A stretch of DNA of 64,000 bases, taken from an uncultured delta proteobacterium. GTDB lineage: Bacteria > Myxococcota_A > Polyangia > Polyangiales > Polyangiaceae. Positions 19,186-27,862 of this stretch are shown one piece after another (within the stretch, counting starts at the first letter, position 1; every line of letters begins with the position of its first letter). The translations under genes were made by a program, and so were the position numbers. The notes under the pieces were generated by a model. The model was not told the DNA's origin. It worked only from the letters and a program-made list of their open reading frames with translations, and made no database searches. The stretch is taken from the NCBI GenBank assembly GCA_963696385.1, contig CAVOKF010000005.1, positions 960,001 through 1,024,000 on the forward strand. The letters run 5' to 3'.

Positions 19186-20910
19186 ATGGAGCGTCGAAGT
19201 ATGAAGCCGGCCCCTCGCAACGATACGGTCCATCGTACTGTATTTGACACTGGCGCGAGTCGACTGCGAAGCCTCTGCGGGGCAATCGGGCTTGGCAATC
19301 GGTCGGAGTCGATCGTCGATGTCTTCGGGCGTTTGATTGATCCTTGGGGCCATAGAACCCTTGGAGACTGCCCCGTCTGGCCGTCGTACATCGGCGATGA
19401 TCACACTCCGATCGAGTTCTCGCTGACCTTTGGGGCCAAACCCGAAGTGCGCATCTTGTTGGAGCCACTCGGCGACTCTCCCTCGCTGGTCTCGAACCGG
19501 GACGCGGCCGTCGCTCTTCTCGAATCCATGGCGTCGGAGTTTGCCATTGACCTGATGCGTTTCGAACGGATCCAGAACTTGTTCTGCCCGGCCACGCCCT
19601 CCGGCCTTTTCAGCGTCTGGATTGCCGTGGCCTTTTCGGGCGACTCGCGTCCCGATTTCAAAATATACCTGAACCCGGCCGCCCAGGGACAAAAGCTCGC
19701 GCCGGCGCTTGTTGAGGAAGCCCTCGTGCGCCTCGGGTTCCCCGGCGCGTGGCCAACCGTCAGCCGCAGTCTCTTGCGACGCGGGCCCGAGTGGGACGAA
19801 CTTAACTATCTCGCGCTCGACCTGAGCGAGTCCCCCGACGCACGGGTCAAAGTCTACGCGCGCCATTTCGGCTGCTCGGTGACCGATCTCGAGGCGGTTG
19901 CAAGTGCGTCACGCTCGTACGATCCGGGCGACTTGAAAGCGTTCTTGGGGCTTGTCGCTCCCGACGCGGAGAACGATGTCTTCGAAGGTCGCTCACCATG
20001 CACCTGCTACTCGTTCGTGGGCGGCCAAGGAGATATTCCGGTGGCCGCGACCACGCACTTTCCCATCAATAGCTACGCTCCAAACGACGGTGCGGTGCGA
20101 CATCGCGTTTTGGCTTGCCTTGAGCGTTTCGGGATTGCGTCGGACTCGTACGCTCGCTCAATAGGGGCCTTCGCCAATCGGCCTCTCGACGAAGACATGG
20201 GTATGCACAGTTACGTATCGTTCCGCCGCTATCGTGGCGAGGCACGTCTGACGACGTATCTCGCGGTCGAGGCTTACAGGCCTGGTACGGTGGAAGCGGG
20301 CTCGAACGGGCGAGCCAGTGGCGTGGTCGAGGTCGCCAAGTGCTTCGGCCAGTTCGACGCCATCAGCGAGCATCCGTTTTGCCGCCGCATGGAGCGCGAG
20401 CCAATAGACGCGCGGACCCTTTGGATCCTTCTCGCCAACCTGGATGCGGTAGACCGTGGGTCTGGGGCTTGCGAGAAGCTCCGCATGCTCCCGCAACCGA
20501 GCGAGAGCGCCGCGACCTTCAAAGGACCGCCCGATTCGACCCTCGACGCGTGGCTCAGGCCGGGGCGCTCGCTCGACTCTCGACTCGCCGCGATTGCCGG
20601 TCCGTCGAACGCCGACGAATTCGCGACCGCCTCCATGGCGGTCGAGTTCATGCAAGGCCAGCTTGAGCGTTTCGCGAGCAGTGCACTCCGGCGCTGGCTG
20701 CGCTCGGCCGGACCAGCCGGATGCGCAAACGCGGGTCGTGTCGCAGTTGACCCGCAGGGGCTTGACACGAGAGAATTCTCGGCGGGACTCGGGGCGTTTG
20801 GGCCCGAGAGCGCAGTCGCGCGCGCCGCGTGGCAATTTCTCGATGATCTTTACTCGCTTTGCTACGGCTGCGAGTCGCCTTCGCGCGATCCCTTCGAAGC
20901 GCAGCCCTAG
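19186..20910 (+). CDS. Tryptophan dimethylallyltransferase-family (ABBA) aromatic prenyltransferase with C-terminal helical extension
   Basis: WPSYIGDDHTPIEFS, FSVWIAV, FKIYLNP, YLALDL..RVKVYARH, YVSF, TTYLAVEAY motifs of IptA/DMATS-like enzymes; ~190 aa C-terminal extension containing ISEHPFCRRM. Confidence 0.85.
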   Translation: MERRSMKPAPRNDTVHRTVFDTGASRLRSLCGAIGLGNRSESIVDVFGRLIDPWGHRTLGDCPVWPSYIGDDHTPIEFSLTFGAKPEVRILLEPLGDSPSLVSNRDAAVALLESMASEFAIDLMRFERIQNLFCPATPSGLFSVWIAVAFSGDSRPDFKIYLNPAAQGQKLAPALVEEALVRLGFPGAWPTVSRSLLRRGPEWDELNYLALDLSESPDARVKVYARHFGCSVTDLEAVASASRSYDPGDLKAFLGLVAPDAENDVFEGRSPCTCYSFVGGQGDIPVAATTHFPINSYAPNDGAVRHRVLACLERFGIASDSYARSIGAFANRPLDEDMGMHSYVSFRRYRGEARLTTYLAVEAYRPGTVEAGSNGRASGVVEVAKCFGQFDAISEHPFCRRMEREPIDARTLWILLANLDAVDRGSGACEKLRMLPQPSESAATFKGPPDSTLDAWLRPGRSLDSRLAAIAGPSNADEFATASMAVEFMQGQLERFASSALRRWLRSAGPAGCANAGRVAVDPQGLDTREFSAGLGAFGPESAVARAAWQFLDDLYSLCYGCESPSRDPFEAQP

Positions 20911-20955
20911 AATAGCCATTCGCTTGCGTCACTTCCTCGACACATTCACGAAACT

Positions 20956-21000
20956 AAGTACACCGCCCCAGAACAAAGGGATCAGCCGGGCGGTGTACTT
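20956..21000. repeat. Perfect 13-bp inverted repeat (aagtacaccgccc/gggcggtgtactt)
   Basis: Arms 20956-20968 and 20988-21000, 19-nt loop. Confidence 0.8.
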
Positions 21001-21070
21001 CGATCGCCGGGAGGCGATTGGGGGTTTGGGGCGAAGCTGCAAGGAAATCAACTTAACACTACTGCGAGGG

Positions 21071-21137
21071 GTACAGCGCCAGCTCGCAACGCGGACCTAC
21101 CCAGCGACGCTGGGTACCGTTTAACGGGGCGCTGTAC
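21071..21137. repeat. Nested inverted repeat: outer gtacagcgcc/ggcgctgtac, inner tacccagcg/cgctgggta
   Basis: Outer arms 21071-21080 and 21128-21137; inner arms 21098-21106 and 21108-21116. Confidence 0.75.
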
Positions 21138-21418
21138 TGAAGGACGTTACGCCGAAGGGCGGGCCAACGCGCGCTCACGATGGCCCAGGCTCACTGCCCG
21201 CGGGCGGCGCCCGGTCCGCCGCATCAACGCAATCGTCGATGCTGGTCTCTTTCATCACGGTCTACGCGCCCGTGTAGGCCGGTGGGCGCAATCCCCATTG
21301 CAGAAGAGCACGCGAGACGATGAGCGGGTAAGCGAGTCGTAGGCATCGCGCCGGGGGCAACAAAATAACGCCATTGCGAACTTGTGCGAGCTGTTGGATC
21401 ATGTGTCGAGGTTTCCAC

Positions 21419-22876
21419 ATGCTCGATAGGCGCCATTTTCTTGCAGGATTGGCATCGACTACGGTTCTTGGTTTTAGCCCTACCGCTCGCCTGTGGGTGA
21501 GCGTCGCGCACGCAGAGTCCACGTTCGAGTCGGTCCCCCCACTCGATGGCGTCCTCCTCACTGACCCCGCGTCTCGAGCCGCCGACGCGGTCGACGTCGG
21601 CAACATCGTTCACCTGACCCCGATCGCCGTGTTGAGACCCGGCTCTGTCGAAGACATCAAGAAGATGGTGCGATTCTGCCGTCGGTTTCACATTCGAATT
21701 GCGGCGCGCGGACAGGGACACACGACGTTCGGTCAGGCCCAGGTCGAAGGCGGTCTGGTCATCGAGATGAGTGCCCTCGATACCATTCACTCCATCGGCC
21801 CCGACACAGCGGACGTGGACGCCGGTGTGCTCTGGAGGGATCTTGTGGAGGCCAGTGTCCCACTTGGCCTGACTCCTCCGGCGCTGACAGGCTTCACAGG
21901 CCTCTCGATTGGCGGCACGCTTTCCGTCGGCGGGATTTCGCCGTCGTACGCGCAGGGCGCGCTAATCAATAACGTGCGGGAGATCGAAGTCGTAACCGGC
22001 GCGGGCGACGTGATGCGCTGCTCTCCCCAACTCAACACCGACCTGTTCGCGGTGGTACGCGCGGGGCTTGGTCAGTGCGCCGTGATCACACGCGCGGTAG
22101 TCGACCTCGTGCCGGCCAAGACGTTCGTGCGCGTCTTCCAGCCGAGTTACACCGACAACGCGACGTTTTTCGCCGATCTGCGAACTCTCGTCGCGAGAGA
22201 AGAGCTTCGCGACATCCTCACGATGTGGGTTCTCAACGGTAGCGGAGGCTGGATCTATGGCCTCAGCGCGGTCGCCTACTTCGACCCGGCGACACCGCCC
22301 GACGCGGCTTTTTTGCTTCGCGGTCTGAGCGTCGCCCCGGCCAACGTGCCTTTCGTGGACGTTCCGTATTTGCCGTACGTGCTTAGTGTCGATACACAGA
22401 TCGAGGAGTTTATGCGGGAGGGGTTGTGGGACGGCGTTGTGCACCCTTGGTTCGACGTCTTTCTTCCAGAGTCGGCCGTCGAGCGCTATGTCGGCGACGT
22501 CATTCCAACTCTTGCCCCCGACGATGTGGGAGCGACGGGCTTTCTCTTGCTTTTCCCGCACAAGAAGCGGAGGTCCACGAGTTCGTTCCTGCGTCTGCCG
22601 GAAGGCGACGTGGTTTATTTGTTCGATATTCTGACCGCGGCCGCTGCGCCCGGCCCGGACCCGGCCTTTGCGACTCGGATGCTCCGTCGGAACCGCGCCT
22701 TGTTCGAGAAGGCCCGCGTCGTCGGCGGGACTCGCTACCCCATCGGTTCGATCCCCTTCGACGAAACGGACTGGGTGGAACAGTACGGCGCGCAATGGAG
22801 TGAATTGATGTTGCTCAAACAGCGATTCGACCCGGATGACCTTTTGGCGCCGGGGCCCGGAATTTTTGGGAAATAG
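21419..22876 (+). CDS. Tat-exported FAD-linked oxidoreductase, cytokinin dehydrogenase (CKX)-like
   Basis: MLDRRHFLAG twin-Arg; ARGQGHT (covalent-FAD His), LSIGGTLSVGG, AGLGQCAVITRA, HPWFDVFLP (CKX HPWLNLF-like), KQRFDPDDLLAPG. Confidence 0.85.
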   Translation: MLDRRHFLAGLASTTVLGFSPTARLWVSVAHAESTFESVPPLDGVLLTDPASRAADAVDVGNIVHLTPIAVLRPGSVEDIKKMVRFCRRFHIRIAARGQGHTTFGQAQVEGGLVIEMSALDTIHSIGPDTADVDAGVLWRDLVEASVPLGLTPPALTGFTGLSIGGTLSVGGISPSYAQGALINNVREIEVVTGAGDVMRCSPQLNTDLFAVVRAGLGQCAVITRAVVDLVPAKTFVRVFQPSYTDNATFFADLRTLVAREELRDILTMWVLNGSGGWIYGLSAVAYFDPATPPDAAFLLRGLSVAPANVPFVDVPYLPYVLSVDTQIEEFMREGLWDGVVHPWFDVFLPESAVERYVGDVIPTLAPDDVGATGFLLLFPHKKRRSTSSFLRLPEGDVVYLFDILTAAAAPGPDPAFATRMLRRNRALFEKARVVGGTRYPIGSIPFDETDWVEQYGAQWSELMLLKQRFDPDDLLAPGPGIFGK

Positions 22877-22921
22877 TTTCGGAGTGCACACCGACCGGGT
22901 GACGCCTATCGGTTAAATCCA

Positions 22922-24316
22922 ATGGTAGACCTGGCAAAGGACATGTTCCTCCGTTCCCTCGCCGAACCGTTCAAGACGAAGGTGGTGGAGAGGGTTCGCC
23001 TGCCGGATCGCGCCGATCGCACGCGGGTGCTTGCGGAGGCCTTCTATTCGCCCGCTTACATGAATTCCGCCGACGTTTGTATCGACTTGGTCACGGATAG
23101 TGGAACGGGAGCTATGAGCGATGAGCAATGGTCGGCGCTCATGCGCGGTGATGAAGCCTACGTGCGCTCGAAGAGTTTCTTGGCGTTCGAGAGGACGGTC
23201 CAAGAAGTTTGTGGATTTGCGCATGTGATTCCGACGCACCAAGGACGTGCGGCCGAGAACATCGTCATGGAGCTGCTTCTGAAGCCGGGCGATATCGTGC
23301 TGAGCAACACCCACTTCGATACGACCAAAGCGCACGTCGAGCATCGGGGCGCGACACCCATCGATCTCGTATGCGAGCGCCTATGGCGGTTTCAAGAGCC
23401 GCATCCGTTCAAGGGCAATGTGGATCTTGAGCGGTTGGAAGTGGCACTGAAGCGTTACCACGACCGCGTCCGGCTCATCGTGGTCACCGTCCTCAATAAC
23501 ATGGCGTGTTCGTCTCCAGTCTCAATGGAAAATATTCGCGAGACGCGGTCACTGGCGAAGCAATATAATATACCACTATTTTTGGACGCCTGCCGATTCG
23601 CGGAAAATGCTCATTTCATAAAAGCTCGCGAGACCGGTTACGAGAGCAAGAGCATTCCCGATATCGTATCGGAGATGATGTCCTATGCCGACGGCTGTTG
23701 GATGAGCGCGAAGAAAGATGCACTCGTCAATATCGGTGGATTCATCGCCACCAACGATCAGGATTTTGCGCGACGTTGCCAGGAAAAATTGGTGCTCTAC
23801 GAAGGGTTTTATACGTATGGGGGTCTTGCCCGACGCGATCTAGAGGCAATAGCGGTCGGGCTTCGGGAGGGCACGGACGAGGACTACTTGGCGCATAGAA
23901 CCTCGTTGGTTGCGTACTTGGGTGAGCGAATGGAGGAGGCAGGTCTCGTTGTAAGTAAGCCGATCGGAGGCTCTGGCGTCTTTGTGGATGTCCAAGCTCT
24001 GTATCCCCATCTGGGTCCAGAAAAATTGCCTGGAATTGCGCTATTCTCTGACTTCTATATCGAAGGTGGCATTCGGGTCGGGGCGGCACCATTCTCGATG
24101 TTCACACTGTCGTCGCAGGGCGAAATTACCGAGCGAATCTTTCAGTTTGCGCGGTTTGCGATCCCGCGGAGGGTGTACGGCAAGGCGCACATGGATTATG
24201 TCGCGGAAGTGGCCCGCGTTGTAAAAGCGAAGGCATTGTTGAATGCTGGGTATCGACTTGTCGAAAAGCCGTCGGTACTTGGTCATTTTTTTGCCAAGTT
24301 TGCTCCACTTGGCTGA
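22922..24316 (+). CDS. tnaA: Tryptophanase-like PLP beta-eliminating lyase (divergent)
   Basis: EPFK, DLVTDSGTGAMS, GDEAY, HQGRAAE, HFDTT, DACRFAEN, MSAKKD (PLP Lys), RFAIPRRVY, GHFFA. Asp in HFDTT and His near the C-terminus indicate tryptophanase rather than tyrosine phenol-lyase. Confidence 0.85.
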   Translation: MVDLAKDMFLRSLAEPFKTKVVERVRLPDRADRTRVLAEAFYSPAYMNSADVCIDLVTDSGTGAMSDEQWSALMRGDEAYVRSKSFLAFERTVQEVCGFAHVIPTHQGRAAENIVMELLLKPGDIVLSNTHFDTTKAHVEHRGATPIDLVCERLWRFQEPHPFKGNVDLERLEVALKRYHDRVRLIVVTVLNNMACSSPVSMENIRETRSLAKQYNIPLFLDACRFAENAHFIKARETGYESKSIPDIVSEMMSYADGCWMSAKKDALVNIGGFIATNDQDFARRCQEKLVLYEGFYTYGGLARRDLEAIAVGLREGTDEDYLAHRTSLVAYLGERMEEAGLVVSKPIGGSGVFVDVQALYPHLGPEKLPGIALFSDFYIEGGIRVGAAPFSMFTLSSQGEITERIFQFARFAIPRRVYGKAHMDYVAEVARVVKAKALLNAGYRLVEKPSVLGHFFAKFAPLG

Positions 24317-24331
24317 TCGCGAAGCAAATCA

Positions 24332-24754
24332 ATGACTGTTCGTAATAAAACTCTGACTTTCGAATTTGTGTCGGATGTTTTGCTGGTCCTTCGCGAAAAT
24401 GCCGTGACGCCTCGCGACGAAGATTGGGACGCCTTTCTGAAGGTGCTTGTCGAGAATCGTGAAAACTTCGAAAAACTTAGGATTCTTGTTCGGACGGAAG
24501 GCGGTGGACCCAACGTGCTGCAACGCAAGCGACTTCAGAAGGCCCTTGGCGGTAGACCGATACGAGTCGCGGTGGTGACGAACAGCATTCCGGTCCGCTT
24601 CCTCGTTTCATCGATCGCCTTGCTGAACCGGGCCATTCGATCTTTTGCCATTGATGAGATCAAAGGCGCATATGAACATCTGAGCTTGACACCCGCCGAG
24701 ATCCGGCTTGCAGACGAAGCGATCGTGAAAATGAACGAAGTCGTCGAATTCTAA
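24332..24754 (+). CDS. STAS/SEC14-like small protein (myxobacterial type)
   Basis: PRDEDWDAFL..ILVRTEGGGPNVLQRK..VAVVTNS..RAIRSF..AYEHL pattern; 15 bp after the tnaA-like stop. Confidence 0.6.
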   Translation: MTVRNKTLTFEFVSDVLLVLRENAVTPRDEDWDAFLKVLVENRENFEKLRILVRTEGGGPNVLQRKRLQKALGGRPIRVAVVTNSIPVRFLVSSIALLNRAIRSFAIDEIKGAYEHLSLTPAEIRLADEAIVKMNEVVEF

Positions 24755-24900
24755 CTGGTTGGCGGGGCGGGCCCGGCAAGAGTGTCGCGCTTTCGAAGTT
24801 CGGACTCGCTCGAAGCGCGGTCAGCGGTCTCCCCCGGGCGCGGCAGAATCAGGCGTCGCGACGCCGCACGAAGCGGTCGCCCGGAGAGAACGCACGGCGC

Positions 24901-25281
24901 TCACTTCGAGTCGGAGGAGTCGGGGCCCGGCTCGGGCGGCGAAACCAGCGTGTCGGCCCGGGACGCTGCGGCGTCGACCGGTTCGGCCCGGAGCAGAAGA
25001 GCGCCGATGCGAAATTCGTGACCCACCGTGGCCAGATCGATCGGCTGGTGGCGCTCGAGCCGCCGTGTGCCCTCGCGGACCCAGGTGCCCTGACGGCTGC
25101 CCTCGTCGGTCAACAGGAGCTGGCCTTCGCGCAGGTCGATGCGTGCGTGGCGACGCGAAACAAATCGGAACTCCAGCCTGCAATCGTTCGACAGATCCCG
25201 ACCGATGCGGATCGGAGTCGTGTTGAACACGATGACGTTTTTGTGTCCGGAATACTCGACACACAAGCGGATGAGGGTCAC
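24901..25281 (-). CDS. Stand-alone FHA domain protein
   Basis: IRIGRDLSND, VSRRHA, DEGSRQGT. Confidence 0.8.
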   Translation of the reverse strand: MTLIRLCVEYSGHKNVIVFNTTPIRIGRDLSNDCRLEFRFVSRRHARIDLREGQLLLTDEGSRQGTWVREGTRRLERHQPIDLATVGHEFRIGALLLRAEPVDAAASRADTLVSPPEPGPDSSDSK

Positions 25282-25440
25282 CGGCGCCTCAGTACGGCAG
25301 CGTGCACGCTAGTGGGATAGCTCAGGAGGTCACGGGTTGGCGACCGAAAGCGACCGAAATTCGGTGTCTTCGCGGCCCGTGCGGCCGAGCCCGGCGGCCA
25401 GCAACGACGCAAACTGCCCGAGGTCATCGACCTCGAAAGG

Positions 25441-26121
25441 TCACGCCTGCCCAACCCGTCGCCCGAGCCACGCTCCCACGGCTCCCGCGACGATCATCAT
25501 CGCTCCGTGACCGACGAGCACGTGGTAGGCGCTGTCGTCGGGGCACACGAGGTTCATCATCACGGCAGCGAGCGCGCCGCATGCGACGCCGAGGGCCGAG
25601 ACTTTCAGAGCGGACCCCGTGGCGAAAGCGTGCCGGAATGCCCATGCCGCGAGGGCGAGCGGGCCGCCGGCAAAAATGGCGCTCCGCACCAGGCAGTTTG
25701 CGGTGCCGAGCCAGAAGCTCTCGCTCCACTCGACCGGAAAGGCGGCCGCTGTCGCCGACACGAACAGGCCGACAGCGCCGACGGTCAGGGCGACGATGCG
25801 GCCGGGCGTCTCGCCGAGGCCGCGCGATCCTTGTCGGGTGGCGGCGGCCAGGGCGATCGCCGCGGCAGCGAGCGGGATCAGGACGCCGAGCACAACGATA
25901 CCGCTAGGGCGTCCGCCGCCGTGGATTCGGAAGACGGCAAGCCAGCACGCGTCGTATGCGAGCGCGGCCGCGAGAGCACCCGCACGCATTGCCCGCACGC
26001 GCGATCGGGTCGGCGAGACAGGGCGTGCCGGCACGCCGAACGAGGGCAACGGCGGCCGCGCGCCGTCCGCAAAGGGATCGGGAATATCCCGGAGAAGCTG
26101 AAGGTCGAGGTCGGGTTTCAC
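25441..26121 (-). CDS. NrsF/DUF1109-like membrane anti-sigma factor
   Basis: Multi-TM; conserved Cys (ANCL) and C-terminal CPDDSAYHVLVGH; directly downstream of the ECF sigma. Confidence 0.75.
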   Translation of the reverse strand: MKPDLDLQLLRDIPDPFADGARPPLPSFGVPARPVSPTRSRVRAMRAGALAAALAYDACWLAVFRIHGGGRPSGIVVLGVLIPLAAAAIALAAATRQGSRGLGETPGRIVALTVGAVGLFVSATAAAFPVEWSESFWLGTANCLVRSAIFAGGPLALAAWAFRHAFATGSALKVSALGVACGALAAVMMNLVCPDDSAYHVLVGHGAMMIVAGAVGAWLGRRVGQA

Positions 26122-26125
26122 GACG

Positions 26126-26776
26126 TCAACGCCCCGCCCCGGCGGCACGATCGAGTGCAGCGCGCAGCGCCTCGTAGGCACGGAACGCTCGGATCTTGAC
26201 GGCGCCGACGCTAGCACCAACCACCTGTGCGGCCTCGCTCACGCTCAAGCCCTCGAAGCGCAGCAAGAGGAACGCTTCGCGCTGCAGGGTGGGCAGCTCG
26301 CTCAGCGTGCGCCGGACCACGTCGAGCATTTCCTGTGCGGCGAGCGCTTCGTCTCCGCGCGTGTCCACGGCGGCCTCGGGCTGCTGCGCGTGATCGTCCT
26401 CGGCCGTCGATCCCGCCGTCGTCGCGGGTCGCGCCCGCACTCGTCGGACATGATCACGAAAAACGTTGCGCCCGATCGCGAGAATCCACGGAACGGCCGG
26501 CGCGCCGGCGCCGAAGCTTCCGCGGGCGCGGTGCACCCGAAGAAACGCCTCCTGAATCAGGTCCTCGGCGAGCGCGCGATCTCCGCAGAGGCGGATGAGG
26601 AAGCCGCGCAAACGCGGCGCGCCTCGCCGGTAGAGCTCGTCGAACGCAGCGTCATCACCGCGGGCGTAGCGATCCATCGCCTCGTCGAGCGCTCGGTCCG
26701 ACGGATCCGCGCCCCGGCTTCGCTCGCCGGGGATGAGCGGCAAGGGCCGCGAGAGGTTGTCGGTCGGCTCGACCAT
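26126..26776 (-). CDS. ECF RNA polymerase sigma factor
   Basis: GDDAAFDELY, AEDLIQEAFL, WILAIGRN, LPTLQREAF, AVKIRAFRAY. Confidence 0.93.
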   Translation of the reverse strand: MVEPTDNLSRPLPLIPGERSRGADPSDRALDEAMDRYARGDDAAFDELYRRGAPRLRGFLIRLCGDRALAEDLIQEAFLRVHRARGSFGAGAPAVPWILAIGRNVFRDHVRRVRARPATTAGSTAEDDHAQQPEAAVDTRGDEALAAQEMLDVVRRTLSELPTLQREAFLLLRFEGLSVSEAAQVVGASVGAVKIRAFRAYEALRAALDRAAGAGR

Positions 26777-26920
26777 GGACCGTGCCCGGAAAGGATTGGC
26801 ACTCTCCCCGATAGGCACCCACATCGTCAACAGTCCCCGCACGCAACCTGGGACGGTGATCGCAGTCGCGACAGAAGGCACGCCCAGCACGCTCGGGTTT
26901 ACGCACGCGCAGGCGCAACG

Positions 26921-27862
26921 TTATCCGAACGACACGCCGGAGAAGAGCCCGCTCGAGACCCACTCGCGAAACCAGGCCATCACGCGCGCCACGGCGACCT
27001 CCTCGCTGAGGTCGCCGAAGCCCGCCGCTGCCCGCTCCAAGGAGGTGCCGAGGGTGGCACCGCCCCAAAGACCGTTCAAGAGGTCGAACATCGGGTCCGA
27101 CAGATCCATGCGCCAGACCGTGGGTCCGGAGCGGTACACGGCGGCAGCGGAAGCGCAACGATCCGGGATCGCTTGGCTTTTGCCCTCGCGAAACGCCTGA
27201 AAGTATGTGTTTACGGGGTATACGAATCGCAGGAGCCGAAATGCGGGCGTCGTCGTCATTCGGGCGTCTACCCACCGCTCGACGGGCACGTCGCGCAGCC
27301 CCGACAGCGTCAGGGGTTCGGTGCTTGCAGCGTGGATCACTTCGACGATCGCCCATTCGAGCGTGGCGAGGTCCGCGAGGAACGCGCGAGGCGCGATCGA
27401 TTCGAACGACTCCTGCACCCGACACCATTCCGACATCCGGCGGCCATAGGCGTTCAGATTCGGGGAGGTGGACGGGTACAGCGCGATGTACGCGCGGGCC
27501 ATTCGGTCGAACGCCGGCTCGCCCACCGCCGCCTGCAGCGCGGGATAGTCGTCCGCGAGACATTCGATCAGCCGCAGGTGGTAGGCGTGCCGGTAGACTT
27601 CGAGACGTTCGAGGCAAGACAGCCGCGGTCCAGGCGTCAGCACCCGGTCGGCGTCGGAGGCCGACGGAGCCGCCGCCGTCTCGGGCGACATCACCGCGCG
27701 CGCAAACCACTCCTGCCGAGCACGCAGCGAGCCGTCGTCGGGCGGCGCGTCCGGGGCAATCGCCGGTGCGCTCGTGGTGCCGGGCAGGCGCCATCGAACG
27801 ACAGGGGTCGCACTGGCGCGCTCGCGTTCGACGACGGTTTCGACGATCGCGCGGCGAGTCAC
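26921..27862 (-). CDS. DUF2063 (BufC/HvfC-like) MNIO partner protein
   Basis: ERLEVYRHAY..LADDYPAL..G..F..YP STSPNLNAYG..DLATLEWA; GTGA overlap with the DUF692 stop. Confidence 0.88.
   Translation of the reverse strand: MTRRAIVETVVERERASATPVVRWRLPGTTSAPAIAPDAPPDDGSLRARQEWFARAVMSPETAAAPSASDADRVLTPGPRLSCLERLEVYRHAYHLRLIECLADDYPALQAAVGEPAFDRMARAYIALYPSTSPNLNAYGRRMSEWCRVQESFESIAPRAFLADLATLEWAIVEVIHAASTEPLTLSGLRDVPVERWVDARMTTTPAFRLLRFVYPVNTYFQAFREGKSQAIPDRCASAAAVYRSGPTVWRMDLSDPMFDLLNGLWGGATLGTSLERAAAGFGDLSEEVAVARVMAWFREWVSSGLFSGVSFG

Noticed and set aside
22922..24316. Tyrosine phenol-lyase assignment
   Set aside because: It has HFDTT (Asp) and a C-terminal His typical of tryptophanase, not the Thr/Phe/Arg set of TPL
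24901..25281. Type VI secretion locus (TagH-like FHA)
   Set aside because: No other T6SS genes in the window; only a lone FHA domain
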